Translations under genes and position numbers: made by a program
Notes under the pieces: model-generated
What the model saw: the letters and a program-made list of their open reading frames with translations, nothing else
The model's database searches: none
Told to the model about the DNA's origin: nothing
Shown: positions 19,336 through 27,065 of the stretch, one piece after another
How the letters are laid out: each line of letters starts with the position of its first letter
Position numbering within the stretch: position 1 is the first letter of the stretch
From: an uncultured Gammaproteobacteria bacterium
Lineage (GTDB): Bacteria > Patescibacteriota > Patescibacteriia > Magasanikbacterales > UBA922
DNA: 47,405 bases
Assembly (NCBI GenBank): GCA_964519725.1
Contig: CAZFKS010000001.1
Location: 1-47,405, forward strand
Direction of reading: 5' to 3'

Positions 19336-20682
19336 ATGCCCAAAAATCACCACCTTGGCTATGCGTTAAAAAAACCTGATTATCGCCAGCCGTGGCGGAT
19401 TTTTCGGATCATGTCTGAATTTGTTGAGGGTTATCAATTTTTGTCACAACTCAAAGACGAAATTACGATCATGGGCTCGGCCCGGTTTCATGATGGCACA
19501 GATAATTATGTCATTGCGCGCGAACTGGGTGCAAAGCTCGCCAAAGCTGGGCACACCGTGATTACTGGTGGTGGTCCAGGTATTATGGAAGCAGCTAATC
19601 GCGGCGCGCATGAAGCGGGTGGAAAATCGGTTGGCCTCAATATTCAACTGCCGTTTGAACAATTACTTAATCCGTACGCACCACAATCCACGTCATTTTT
19701 TTATTTTTTCACCCGCAAGGTGATGCTCACCTCGCCAGCCAATGCGTTTATTTATTTTCCGGGCGGGTTTGGAACCATGGATGAATTTTTTGAAGTGGTT
19801 GACCTGATTGAACTTGGTTTTATTTCCCCAACCCCAATTGTTTTGGTGGGGAAAAAGTTTTGGAATCCACTGATTAAATTTTTAAAAGATAATGAAGCTA
19901 AAACTGGCGAAACCCACCCGTCAATTGATACCTGGCAAGTAGTGGATACCGCGGATGAAGCCATGAAAATTTTGGAAAATGTTTCTGAGCAAACAGATAA
20001 TTTGTGTCCGCTTGATCCATTGTCATTTCACAATGAAAAAAATATTGACTGGCGGATTTTCCGAATTATGGCTGAACTGGTTGAAGGTTTTGAGTTTGTG
20101 TCAGACATGCCCGACGCAATTACGGTTTTGGGGACTAAATCAATTCCAGAAACTAGTCACTATTATGACTCAGCCCGGAATTTGGGTGGGGAATTGACCA
20201 AAGCTGGTTATGCGGTTATTACTGGCGGAAATAAAGGGGTGGCCGAAGCGGCCAACCAAGGGGCGTTTGAGCATGGCGGCGCCAGCATGGGCATTGCTAT
20301 GCAGTTCCGCGGCAAAGCAATCCTTAATCCGTATTTGACCAAATCAATTCAATTTAGTTTTCCGTTTACGCGCAAATTAATTTTGACCACGCCAACCTCT
20401 GGGTTTGTGTTTTATCCAGGTGGGTTTGGAACGTTGCACCAATTATTTGAAGTTTTGACGTTAATTCAAACCAAAAAAATGACCAAAGTGCCAGTGATTT
20501 TGGTTGATCATGATTTTTGGGGTCCAATGCACAATTATATTAAAGAAGTTTTGTTTCATGATGTGGACACGATTGCGGACGAGGATGACGAGCTCTACCA
20601 AATTGTTGATTCCGAAGCCAGTGCCATGAAAGTGCTGGGCCAAACCCTCAAAAAGAACGTGCGCGCTGGGGCGCAGGAATAA
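19336..20682 (+). CDS. tandem LOG-family (TIGR00730) fusion protein: canonical N-terminal copy plus divergent C-terminal copy
   Basis: Copy 1 has GSAR, TGGGPGIMEAANRGA and PGGFGTMDE. Copy 2 has GTKS, TGGNKGVAEAANQGA and PGGFGTLHQ. Both copies start with WRIFRIM(S/A)E(F/L)VEG. Confidence 0.8.
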   Translation: MPKNHHLGYALKKPDYRQPWRIFRIMSEFVEGYQFLSQLKDEITIMGSARFHDGTDNYVIARELGAKLAKAGHTVITGGGPGIMEAANRGAHEAGGKSVGLNIQLPFEQLLNPYAPQSTSFFYFFTRKVMLTSPANAFIYFPGGFGTMDEFFEVVDLIELGFISPTPIVLVGKKFWNPLIKFLKDNEAKTGETHPSIDTWQVVDTADEAMKILENVSEQTDNLCPLDPLSFHNEKNIDWRIFRIMAELVEGFEFVSDMPDAITVLGTKSIPETSHYYDSARNLGGELTKAGYAVITGGNKGVAEAANQGAFEHGGASMGIAMQFRGKAILNPYLTKSIQFSFPFTRKLILTTPTSGFVFYPGGFGTLHQLFEVLTLIQTKKMTKVPVILVDHDFWGPMHNYIKEVLFHDVDTIADEDDELYQIVDSEASAMKVLGQTLKKNVRAGAQE

Positions 20683-20684
20683 TT

Positions 20685-21434
20685 ATGATCCCGTGGTTTG
20701 TTTTCCATTCATTTCAAATTGGCCCGCTTAATATTCAAGTTTGGGGCCTGTTTGTGGCCCTTGGAATGCTCCTTAGTTTGTGGCTTCTCAAAAAAGAAAC
20801 AAAAAATAATCCGCAGCAAAAAAAAATTTTTGATATTGCGTTCTGGGTAATTGTCTGGGGTTTTATTGGCGCGCGCCTTGGTCATGTCTTATTTTACAAA
20901 CCATTGTTTTTTCTGAGCCACCCGCTGGATATTTTCAAAATTTGGCAGGGCGGCATGTCATCATTTGGGAGTTTTTTTGGGGCGGGCGCAGCGGCCTCTT
21001 ATTTGATCAAAAAGCACAAATTAAATCTACGCGAATTAGCTGATACTTTTTTGTATGTGTCAGTGCCGGGCTGGATAGTGGGGCGTGTAGGCTGTTTTAT
21101 GATTCATGATCATTTGGGAGCGGCGTCAAATTGTCCACTTGCGATTATGACTCCGGTTGGCCAGCGGCTCGACATGGCCTTGTTAGAAATAATTGGGTTA
21201 ATTCCACTCGCCGTGTGGCTCTATGTGGGGCGCCAGAAAGTGCGCCGAGCAGGGGAGAAAGGACTGATTATTTTGGGCTATTACAGTGCTCTTCGACTTG
21301 TTTTAGACTTCTGGCGGGCCACTGACATTGCCACAGCTGACACCCGATACTTAGGATTGACTCCAGCCCAATATTTTAGTATGGTACTGCTTGGTTTTTG
21401 CTTGTTTTTCTTATTTAAAGCTCACCGAAAATAA
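20685..21434 (+). CDS. lgt: prolipoprotein diacylglyceryl transferase
   Basis: N-terminal FxIGPLxIxxWG, GARLGHV and GRxGCF motifs in a polytopic protein. Confidence 0.88.
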   Translation: MIPWFVFHSFQIGPLNIQVWGLFVALGMLLSLWLLKKETKNNPQQKKIFDIAFWVIVWGFIGARLGHVLFYKPLFFLSHPLDIFKIWQGGMSSFGSFFGAGAAASYLIKKHKLNLRELADTFLYVSVPGWIVGRVGCFMIHDHLGAASNCPLAIMTPVGQRLDMALLEIIGLIPLAVWLYVGRQKVRRAGEKGLIILGYYSALRLVLDFWRATDIATADTRYLGLTPAQYFSMVLLGFCLFFLFKAHRK

Positions 21435-21435
21435 T

Positions 21436-21882
21436 ATGGAAATGAAAGTTTATGTCAGTGCGGTGATTGAACAAGATGGAAAAATTCTGTTAGTTCAGGA
21501 GGCCAAAGAAAGGAATTTTCAGAAATGGAACATTCCTGGTGGCAGCATGGAACTGACTGAAAAAGCGTGGGAAGGTGCACAAAGAGAAGTGAAAGAAGAG
21601 ACGTTTTTGGATGTGGAAATTACTTCATTGCTTGGGGTGTACAATTCTGTTGGTAATAATCACTCAATTAGATTTGTGTTCGTGGGAAAAATTGTAAGTG
21701 GTACTCCTGCAGCTGGAGACAATATTTTGGCTGTTAAATGGGTAGACCCAAAAGAACTGGTAAATTTAGATCCAGCTCATTATATTAATCCGTTAGTTTT
21801 TGAAGCCCTGGCAAAAGATTATGTTGACGGTGTTCGTCATCCGCTGGAAACAGTCAGAGAAATAGGTAAACATAACAAATAG
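21436..21882 (+). CDS. NUDIX hydrolase
   Basis: Nudix box GGSMELTEKAWEGAQREVKEETFL. Start trimmed to the ATG at 21436. Confidence 0.8.
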   Translation: MEMKVYVSAVIEQDGKILLVQEAKERNFQKWNIPGGSMELTEKAWEGAQREVKEETFLDVEITSLLGVYNSVGNNHSIRFVFVGKIVSGTPAAGDNILAVKWVDPKELVNLDPAHYINPLVFEALAKDYVDGVRHPLETVREIGKHNK

Positions 21883-21891
21883 TTACAACAT

Positions 21892-21976
21892 GGAGAGGTC
21901 GCATAGTGGCCTAGTGCGCCGCCTTGGAAAGGCGGTATACCGCAAGGTATCGAGGGTTCAAATCCCTCCCTCTCCG
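21892..21976 (+). tRNA. tRNA-Ser (anticodon GGA)
   Basis: GGAGAGG acceptor pairing with CCTCTCC, anticodon loop TT-GGA-AA, long variable arm TATACCGCAAGGTAT and T loop GGTTCAAATCC. CCA is not encoded. Confidence 0.9.
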
Positions 21977-21993
21977 CATAATTATTAAGTTTT

Positions 21994-22023
21994 TTGACTA
22001 AAGTGAGCGCCGCATGTTAGTCT
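21994..22023 (+). promoter_or_regulatory. promoter of the G+C-rich Lys-rich ORF (TTGACT-18-TAGTCT)
   Basis: TTGACT at 21994-21999 and TAGTCT at 22018-22023. The predicted leader is about 42 nt and opens with hairpin AATCACGC-aattcc-GCGTGATT (22031-22052). Confidence 0.4.
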
Positions 22024-22071
22024 GACCCTGAATCACGCAATTCCGCGTGATTTCAGGCTAAGGAGATCTCC

Positions 22072-22227
22072 GTGGCACATCGTACCCTGAGCAACGGCAA
22101 TTCGAAGAAGAGCCGGGACAAGCACGAGAAGGTCCAGAAGAACTCGGCCAAGGCGCCGGGGAAGAGCTGGATCGATATGGGTCCGAACACCAACTCGAAG
22201 CGGAACCAGGATCGCAAGAAGAAGTGA
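22072..22227 (+). CDS. candidate 51-aa highly basic, Lys-rich small protein (GTG start) in a G+C-rich islet
   Basis: AAGGAG (22060-22065) lies 6 nt upstream of the GTG. 89 of 156 nt are G+C and 44 of 51 codons end in G/C. All 11 Lys codons are AAG, whereas the next gene uses AAA. Peptide: MAHRTLSNGNSKKSRDKHEKVQKNSAKAPGKSWIDMGPNTNSKRNQDRKKK. Confidence 0.5.
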   Translation: MAHRTLSNGNSKKSRDKHEKVQKNSAKAPGKSWIDMGPNTNSKRNQDRKKK

Positions 22228-22261
22228 GCTGGCCGCTACGCGCGAGTAGCGCGAGATGACT

Positions 22262-22289
22262 AGGGGGCGGTGTTCGCGCGCCGCCCCCT
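22262..22289 (+). terminator. GC-rich hairpin after the small basic ORF (9-bp stem AGGGGGCGG/CCGCCCCCT)
   Basis: Perfect 9-bp stem with a 10-nt loop, preceded by a second hairpin CGCTAC-gcgcga-GTAGCG. There is no U-run. Confidence 0.45.
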
Positions 22290-22333
22290 CCCTACAACTA
22301 GAAAAGGATTGCAAAAAATGGTAGGATGAGAGC

Positions 22334-22990
22334 ATGAAAAAAGTAAGATTTCGAATTTTAGAAAATAAATTAATTACTGAGTCGCTTGCTGAGAATATTA
22401 AAAAAGAAACAGCAGAAGCGATTATTGAAGTTGCTAAACATCTTCCAATTGCTGAAGTTGATATTACTCTGGGGCATCTGCCAAAAAATATTGCCACTGG
22501 AATAATTAGTGGAAGTAGTGCCAATAAACATGAAGCAACTATTGCGCTGAATGTTAGACATCGGAATTTTAAAAAACGTCTACATGTTGAACTTCCTAAA
22601 GTTATTGCCCACGAGCTTTATCATACGGTCCGAACTCGGAAAAATAAGTACCCTGAAACTTTATTGGAAATGTTTATTGAAGAAGGTTTGGCAATCCATT
22701 TTGAGTTAGAAGTGTATGGAGGGGAACCCCCAGCTTACGCAGTTCGACTTAGTGATAAAGTGTTAAGAAAAACTATAGAAATGGCAAGAAAAAGTTTTTA
22801 CTCAACTAGATTCTCTCAGGATAATTGGTTCCATGGTGGAAATACTAAAAAAATTCCTCGCTCTGCCGGTTACTGCATTGGTTATTTTTTAGTTAAAAAC
22901 ATGTTAGAGAAAAATACACAAAACACTGTGTCAAAATTGGTGACAAAAAAATATATATACTTTATATCCAAAATTAGTCCTACTCTATAA
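22334..22990 (+). CDS. putative Zn-dependent protease (HExxH; DUF2268-like)
   Basis: AHELYHTVR (HExxH), EEGLA and a C-terminal SAGYCIGYFLV, which resemble DUF2268. Confidence 0.5.
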   Translation: MKKVRFRILENKLITESLAENIKKETAEAIIEVAKHLPIAEVDITLGHLPKNIATGIISGSSANKHEATIALNVRHRNFKKRLHVELPKVIAHELYHTVRTRKNKYPETLLEMFIEEGLAIHFELEVYGGEPPAYAVRLSDKVLRKTIEMARKSFYSTRFSQDNWFHGGNTKKIPRSAGYCIGYFLVKNMLEKNTQNTVSKLVTKKYIYFISKISPTL

Positions 22991-22998
22991 TTTTTATT

Positions 22999-23424
22999 AT
23001 GATAACCCTTAACCCTTACATTAACTTTAATGGTAATGCTGAAGAAGCTTTTACCTTTTACAAATCTGTTTTTGGTGGCGAATTTACTGCACTCACTCGG
23101 TTCAAAGAAATTGCCAGCGCCGAATTTCCAGTGCCAGAAAGTGAAGCCGATAAAATCATGCGCATTGTGTTGCCAATTGGTAACAATGTTTTGATTGCCA
23201 ATGATGTTCCAACCATGATGGGGCGAGTAAACGAGAATGAAAATCGATCTAAAATTGCAGTGATTGTTGATAGCAAAGAAGAAGCTGAGCGAATTTTCAA
23301 TGGCCTATCGGCGGGCGGAACAGTAGAAATGCCAATCGACCAAAGTCCTTGGGGCACTTACTTTGCCATGTTTAGAGACAAGTACGGGATTGAGTGGACT
23401 GTGGAGTTTGGGGAGAGAAAATAG
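22999..23424 (+). CDS. VOC-superfamily protein (PhnB/YjdN-like)
   Basis: LNPYINFNGNAEEAFTFYKSVFGG and C-terminal SPWGTYFAMFRDKYGIEW. Confidence 0.75.
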   Translation: MITLNPYINFNGNAEEAFTFYKSVFGGEFTALTRFKEIASAEFPVPESEADKIMRIVLPIGNNVLIANDVPTMMGRVNENENRSKIAVIVDSKEEAERIFNGLSAGGTVEMPIDQSPWGTYFAMFRDKYGIEWTVEFGERK

Positions 23425-23468
23425 TTGGTAAATGGCACCAACTACCACTACTTTTTCCATTGAAATAT

Positions 23469-23984
23469 ATGTTTTTTATACCAGGGCAATTAATATCGCT
23501 TTTAACTTTTCCAGGGGTAATTGTACATGAGTGGGCTCATAAGAAGTTCTGTGATTGGTTTGGTGTTAAGGTTCACGAGGTTGCTTATTTTAAATTTTGG
23601 CAAAAAATCGCAGGACATGTATTACATGAGGTGCCATCAACATTTAAACAAACTTTTTGGGTGTCGGTTGGACCTCTGATTGTAAATTCAATTGGATGTA
23701 TTATATTGAGTGCCGTGTCCTCACAAACAATCCCCGAGAGTTTTCTAAATTATTTTTTTCTTTGGCTTGCTTTATCGATTGGGGCACATTCATTTCCAAG
23801 TGACCATGACGCAAAAAATATTCTAGAAAGAAGTAAGAACCACATTAAAGATGGCGATTCTTTTATACATTATCTATCCTATCCATTTTTTGCGCTTATT
23901 TGGCTTGCCAATAAATTGAGTTTTTTCTGGTTTGATTTCATCTATGCATGTCTACTTATGCGGATAGGTGGAGGTGTAAGTTAA
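23469..23984 (+). CDS. membrane protein with HExxH motif (putative zincin, DUF3267-like)
   Basis: FPGVIVHEWAHKKF followed by hydrophobic segments. Start set to the only in-frame ATG after the upstream stop. Paralogous layout to the 42417-43187 protein. Confidence 0.5.
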   Translation: MFFIPGQLISLLTFPGVIVHEWAHKKFCDWFGVKVHEVAYFKFWQKIAGHVLHEVPSTFKQTFWVSVGPLIVNSIGCIILSAVSSQTIPESFLNYFFLWLALSIGAHSFPSDHDAKNILERSKNHIKDGDSFIHYLSYPFFALIWLANKLSFFWFDFIYACLLMRIGGGVS

Positions 23985-23990
23985 TATTAT

Positions 23991-24431
23991 ATGCCCGAAT
24001 TAAAAACCAAGGTAAATAAAGCCAGTGTTGCCAAATTTTTGGATACCATTACTGACCCGCAAAAGCGTGAGGATTGTTTGGTGGTTTCCAAAATGATGGA
24101 AAAAGCCACCAAATCCAAACCCGAAATGTGGGGCACGGCAATTGTTGGTTTTGGTCGCCTGACCTACCGTTACGCCAATGGCAAAGAAGGGGAATGGATG
24201 TTGATTGGTTTTTCGCCGCGAAAAGGCTACATTGCGCTGTATGGTTTAAAAGTGTTCACCATGGCCGAAGGCAAAATAAAAGCCGGCAAAGGCGAAAATG
24301 ATTTTTTGTTAAAATTAGGAAAATACAAAGAAGGCGGCGGGTGCATTTACATCAATAAATTGGCGGATGTGAATGTCAAGGAGCTGGAGAAAATTATTAA
24401 ACTCGCGGTAAAAAGAAAGGCAAACGCCTAG
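23991..24431 (+). CDS. DUF1801 (YdhG-like) domain protein
   Basis: 146 aa with N-terminal VAKFLDTITDPQKRED and WGTAIVGFG, typical of DUF1801. Confidence 0.65.
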   Translation: MPELKTKVNKASVAKFLDTITDPQKREDCLVVSKMMEKATKSKPEMWGTAIVGFGRLTYRYANGKEGEWMLIGFSPRKGYIALYGLKVFTMAEGKIKAGKGENDFLLKLGKYKEGGGCIYINKLADVNVKELEKIIKLAVKRKANA

Positions 24432-24434
24432 GTT

Positions 24435-25118
24435 ATGAAAAATCAGTACTTTGGTGATTTTGGCGACTACCAAAAGTTTTCTCTGCTCAAACATTTGCGT
24501 GACAGTGCCAAATTGAACATTTTGGTTCACTGGATGAAAACCAAAGACGATTTTAGTAACGACGGTGCAAAAATAAAATATCTTTCGAGCCCCAATGAAT
24601 GGGCTTCTTTTGAACCAGAAATCTTTGCTTTTATTGATGGTCACATCAAACAAGAAAAGCGCGATTTGGCACTTTACGAAAAAAGTGAACATGCTAAAAA
24701 TATTACTTTCCTGAGTGATTTTATTGAAAACGAAAATGTTCACGCTAAACTTTTAGAAAAAATAAAAACCGATCAAAAATCAGATTTGGTTTTCTTTGAT
24801 CCAGATAATGGAATTGAAGTTAAATCAACTAACCCCAAAAATAGACATAAGTACGTGACCTGGGCTAATATAAAGACAGCCTTTGAAGCTGGTAAAAGCG
24901 TGCTAGTCTATCAGCATTACTCCAGAATGAATCGGGATAAATTTATTGCTGCGAAATTGACTGAATTCAAAGAGCGATTTCCTCAAGATGTTTTTGTGAT
25001 CAAGGTAAAGCACTCTGTTTATTTTTTGTTGCCACAAATTAAACACAAAAAAGAAATTGCCAAGGCCCTTCAAAATTATTCGACTGTATGGACAAAAAAC
25101 ACCGCATCTACACCATGA
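24435..25118 (+). CDS. hypothetical protein (227 aa), unrecognised family
   Basis: Clean ORF in operonic spacing. N-terminal [17 protein letters not shown] and central [11 protein letters not shown] blocks. No family could be assigned by eye. Confidence 0.6.
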   Translation: MKNQYFGDFGDYQKFSLLKHLRDSAKLNILVHWMKTKDDFSNDGAKIKYLSSPNEWASFEPEIFAFIDGHIKQEKRDLALYEKSEHAKNITFLSDFIENENVHAKLLEKIKTDQKSDLVFFDPDNGIEVKSTNPKNRHKYVTWANIKTAFEAGKSVLVYQHYSRMNRDKFIAAKLTEFKERFPQDVFVIKVKHSVYFLLPQIKHKKEIAKALQNYSTVWTKNTASTP

Positions 25119-25441
25119 GCTTTGCCAGTGTCTACCCACTTTATGTGACCAAGGCAGAAAAGAAGGGGCGCACCAAAGCCGAAGTTGATGAAATTATTAG
25201 CTGGCTCACTGGCTACACCCACAAGGGGTTAGAAGCGGCTCTCAAAAAGGGGATTGATTTTGAAACATTTTTTGCAGAGGCTCCCAAATTAAACCCAACC
25301 CGCGCTTTGATTAAAGGCGTAATTTGCGGTGTTCAAATTGAGGAAATAACAGATCCGCTCATGCGTGAAATTCGCTACTTGGATAAATTAATTGACGAGC
25401 TGGCCAAAGGAAAAACAATGGAAAAGATTTTGCGGAAATAA
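25088..25441 (+). CDS. DUF2200 family protein
   Basis: [39 protein letters not shown] matches the DUF2200 signature as remembered. An alternative start at 25115 would give an ATGA overlap with the upstream gene. Confidence 0.65.
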   Translation: MDKKHRIYTMSFASVYPLYVTKAEKKGRTKAEVDEIISWLTGYTHKGLEAALKKGIDFETFFAEAPKLNPTRALIKGVICGVQIEEITDPLMREIRYLDKLIDELAKGKTMEKILRK

Positions 25442-25442
25442 T

Positions 25443-25685
25443 ATGATTAAAAAATCCGACTCAGCTGTTCACCGCATGCCCTCTGACTTTAAAAAAGCCT
25501 TGGCTTCTGATGCCAAAGCGCAGTCAACCTGGGACGATATCACTCCTAATGCCCGCAAAAACTGGATTTGTTGGATAATTTCTGCTAAAAAAGAAGAGAC
25601 GCGGGCGCGGCGGATTGAAGTTGGGCTTTCTAAGCTTGGCTCAGGCATGCGGCGACCATGTTGTTTTGAAGGTTGCAAACATTAA
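25443..25685 (+). CDS. YdeI/OmpD-associated family protein
   Basis: 80 aa. ...WDDITPNARKNWICWIISAKKEETRARRI... is typical of the YdeI C-terminal domain. Confidence 0.65.
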   Translation: MIKKSDSAVHRMPSDFKKALASDAKAQSTWDDITPNARKNWICWIISAKKEETRARRIEVGLSKLGSGMRRPCCFEGCKH

Positions 25686-25708
25686 TTTATTATTTTTAAT
25701 TTAGACCT

Positions 25709-26128
25709 ATGCTCCCAGTCAATTACGCTGCCATTTTAGTTGCTGCCCTCGCCAACTTTGTTGTTGGTTTTATGTTCCACGGCCCACTCTTTGGCAAACT
25801 TTGGATGCGCCTGGCTAACATTCACCCAACTGGCAATGAAAAATTCAAAGACATGATCCCACAAATGATCAAAAATTATCTGGTCAATGTTTTATTTGCT
25901 TACGTCCTCGCTGTGGTCTATTTATTTGCCACCACCTCACCACTCATGGGCGGCAGTGGTGCCTTAAATGGTATGGCCTGCGCATTTTGGGTTTGGCTCG
26001 GGTTTGTGTTCACGACCACTTCAATCGAAGTTATTTGGATGGGTCGTTCAGCCAAACTTTGGTACTTTGAACTGGCCGCGTCACTCACTAGCTCGTTAGT
26101 TATGGGGGCAATTATTGGAGCTTGGTAA
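25709..26128 (+). CDS. DUF1761 family membrane protein
   Basis: N-terminal NYAAILVAALANFVVGFMFHGPLFGKLW and four TM segments. Confidence 0.65.
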   Translation: MLPVNYAAILVAALANFVVGFMFHGPLFGKLWMRLANIHPTGNEKFKDMIPQMIKNYLVNVLFAYVLAVVYLFATTSPLMGGSGALNGMACAFWVWLGFVFTTTSIEVIWMGRSAKLWYFELAASLTSSLVMGAIIGAW

Positions 26129-26153
26129 TTAGTAATGGGTGCTTAAAATTCGA

Positions 26154-26177
26154 AGCCCGGCACTGATGTGCCGGGCT
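26154..26177. terminator. perfect 10-bp GC hairpin (AGCCCGGCAC-tgat-GTGCCGGGCT)
   Basis: Lies between DUF1761 (+) and the convergent G+C-rich ORF (-). On the minus strand it is followed by UCGAAUUUUA. A second 8-bp hairpin (26183-26190/26203-26210) covers the minus ORF stop. Confidence 0.6.
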
Positions 26178-26203
26178 GTTGGGTACTGACGCCCTCGTCT
26201 GTG

Positions 26204-26527
26204 TCAGTACTCGTTCCCTTGAGTTTCGGCGCGGGACTTTCCCGGCCCCCAGTTCCTCATGGCCTCTGCCTGGAACTCGTTGAGGAGGACGATTTCCCTG
26301 CCGTCGTGGTAGCGAAATGTCACTTGCTGCTGCTGGGGATCGTCATGAATCTCCACCGCCGCCTCCCCACCTTTCTGGGGGATGAGGTAGGTAATGGACT
26401 TGCCGTTCAGCAGCGCCTGCTCAGCCGCGGCTCGGGCCCTGACCGAGGGCCAGGCGCTGGGGCGATGGCGGTGGTGCATCAGGATATCTGCCGACTGGAG
26501 GGTGGCTGCCACCCGTTGCTGGTTCAT
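26204..26527 (-). CDS. hypothetical 107-aa soluble protein in a G+C-rich islet
   Basis: GAGG (26532-26535) lies 4 nt upstream of the ATG at 26527, with a consensus promoter further upstream. No TM segment and no recognised family. Confidence 0.55.
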   Translation of the reverse strand: MNQQRVAATLQSADILMHHRHRPSAWPSVRARAAAEQALLNGKSITYLIPQKGGEAAVEIHDDPQQQQVTFRYHDGREIVLLNEFQAEAMRNWGPGKSRAETQGNEY

Positions 26528-26582
26528 GTTGCCTCGCTTGTACTCAGGGCCCCCTTAGCCCTTGAGGTCTATAAGACAGTAG

Positions 26583-26611
26583 AATATACTAAAAACAATT
26601 AATTTTGTCAA
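26583..26611 (-). promoter_or_regulatory. near-consensus promoter of the 107-aa G+C-rich ORF (TTGACA-17-TATATT)
   Basis: Minus strand has TTGACA (26606-26611), a 17-nt spacer and TATATT (26583-26588). The leader is about 49 nt and contains hairpin CTCAAGGGC-taagggg-GCCCTGAG. Confidence 0.55.
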
Positions 26612-26615
26612 TCCT

Positions 26616-27053
26616 ATGGCCCGCACTAGCATTTATCTTAATTTTGCCCGGAACACTGAAGAAGCGTTTAATTTTTACAAAACAGTTTTTCAAACTGAAT
26701 TCGAAGGCCCAATTCACCGCATGGGTGAAGTACCGCCACAAGACGGCGGGCCAGTTTTGGCTGAAGAAGATAAAAATTTAGTCATGCACGTGGTGTTGCC
26801 AATTACTGGCGACTTTAAATTAATGGGCACTGATGCACCAGAATCCATGGGTTTTAAAGTTAATTTTGGGAATAATATTTACATTAATTTAGAACCAGAT
26901 ACACGCATCGAAGCTGATCGTTTGTTTAGCGCTTTGTCAGCTGGCGGCAAAATTGAAATGGGCATGCAAGAAATGTTCTGGGGTGATTATTTTGGTTCTT
27001 GCACTGACAAGTTTGGGGTGCAGTGGATGGTAAATTGTACAAGTAAAACTTAA
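26616..27053 (+). CDS. VOC-superfamily protein (PhnB-like)
   Basis: IYLNFARNTEEAFNFYKTVF and C-terminal FWGDYFGSCTDKFGVQW. Paralog of the 22999-23424 protein. Confidence 0.75.
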   Translation: MARTSIYLNFARNTEEAFNFYKTVFQTEFEGPIHRMGEVPPQDGGPVLAEEDKNLVMHVVLPITGDFKLMGTDAPESMGFKVNFGNNIYINLEPDTRIEADRLFSALSAGGKIEMGMQEMFWGDYFGSCTDKFGVQWMVNCTSKT

Positions 27054-27065
27054 TAATTAATTTAT

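Noticed and set aside
21964-22291. CCCTCCCT repeat (tRNA-Ser 3' end and 22284-22291) as att sites of an integrated element
   Set aside because: Only 8 nt are shared and no integrase is present, so chance occurrence in a GC-rich hairpin context is likely. It is kept only as a remark within the cassette finding.
22033-22524. 163-aa minus-strand ORF spanning the G+C-rich islet and the start of the DUF2268-like gene
   Set aside because: It crosses a sharp compositional boundary, overlaps the well-supported plus-strand gene start at 22334 and has no SD or promoter. It is antisense to the SD-led 51-aa ORF, so it is most likely a shadow frame.
26168-26602. 144-aa plus-strand ORF in the G+C-rich islet
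   Set aside because: It starts inside the 10-bp terminator hairpin and has no SD or promoter. Its Ala/Gly/Leu/Pro/Arg-rich low-complexity translation is typical of an antisense frame in GC-rich DNA. The minus-strand frame has GAGG-N4-ATG and a TTGACA-17-TATATT promoter.
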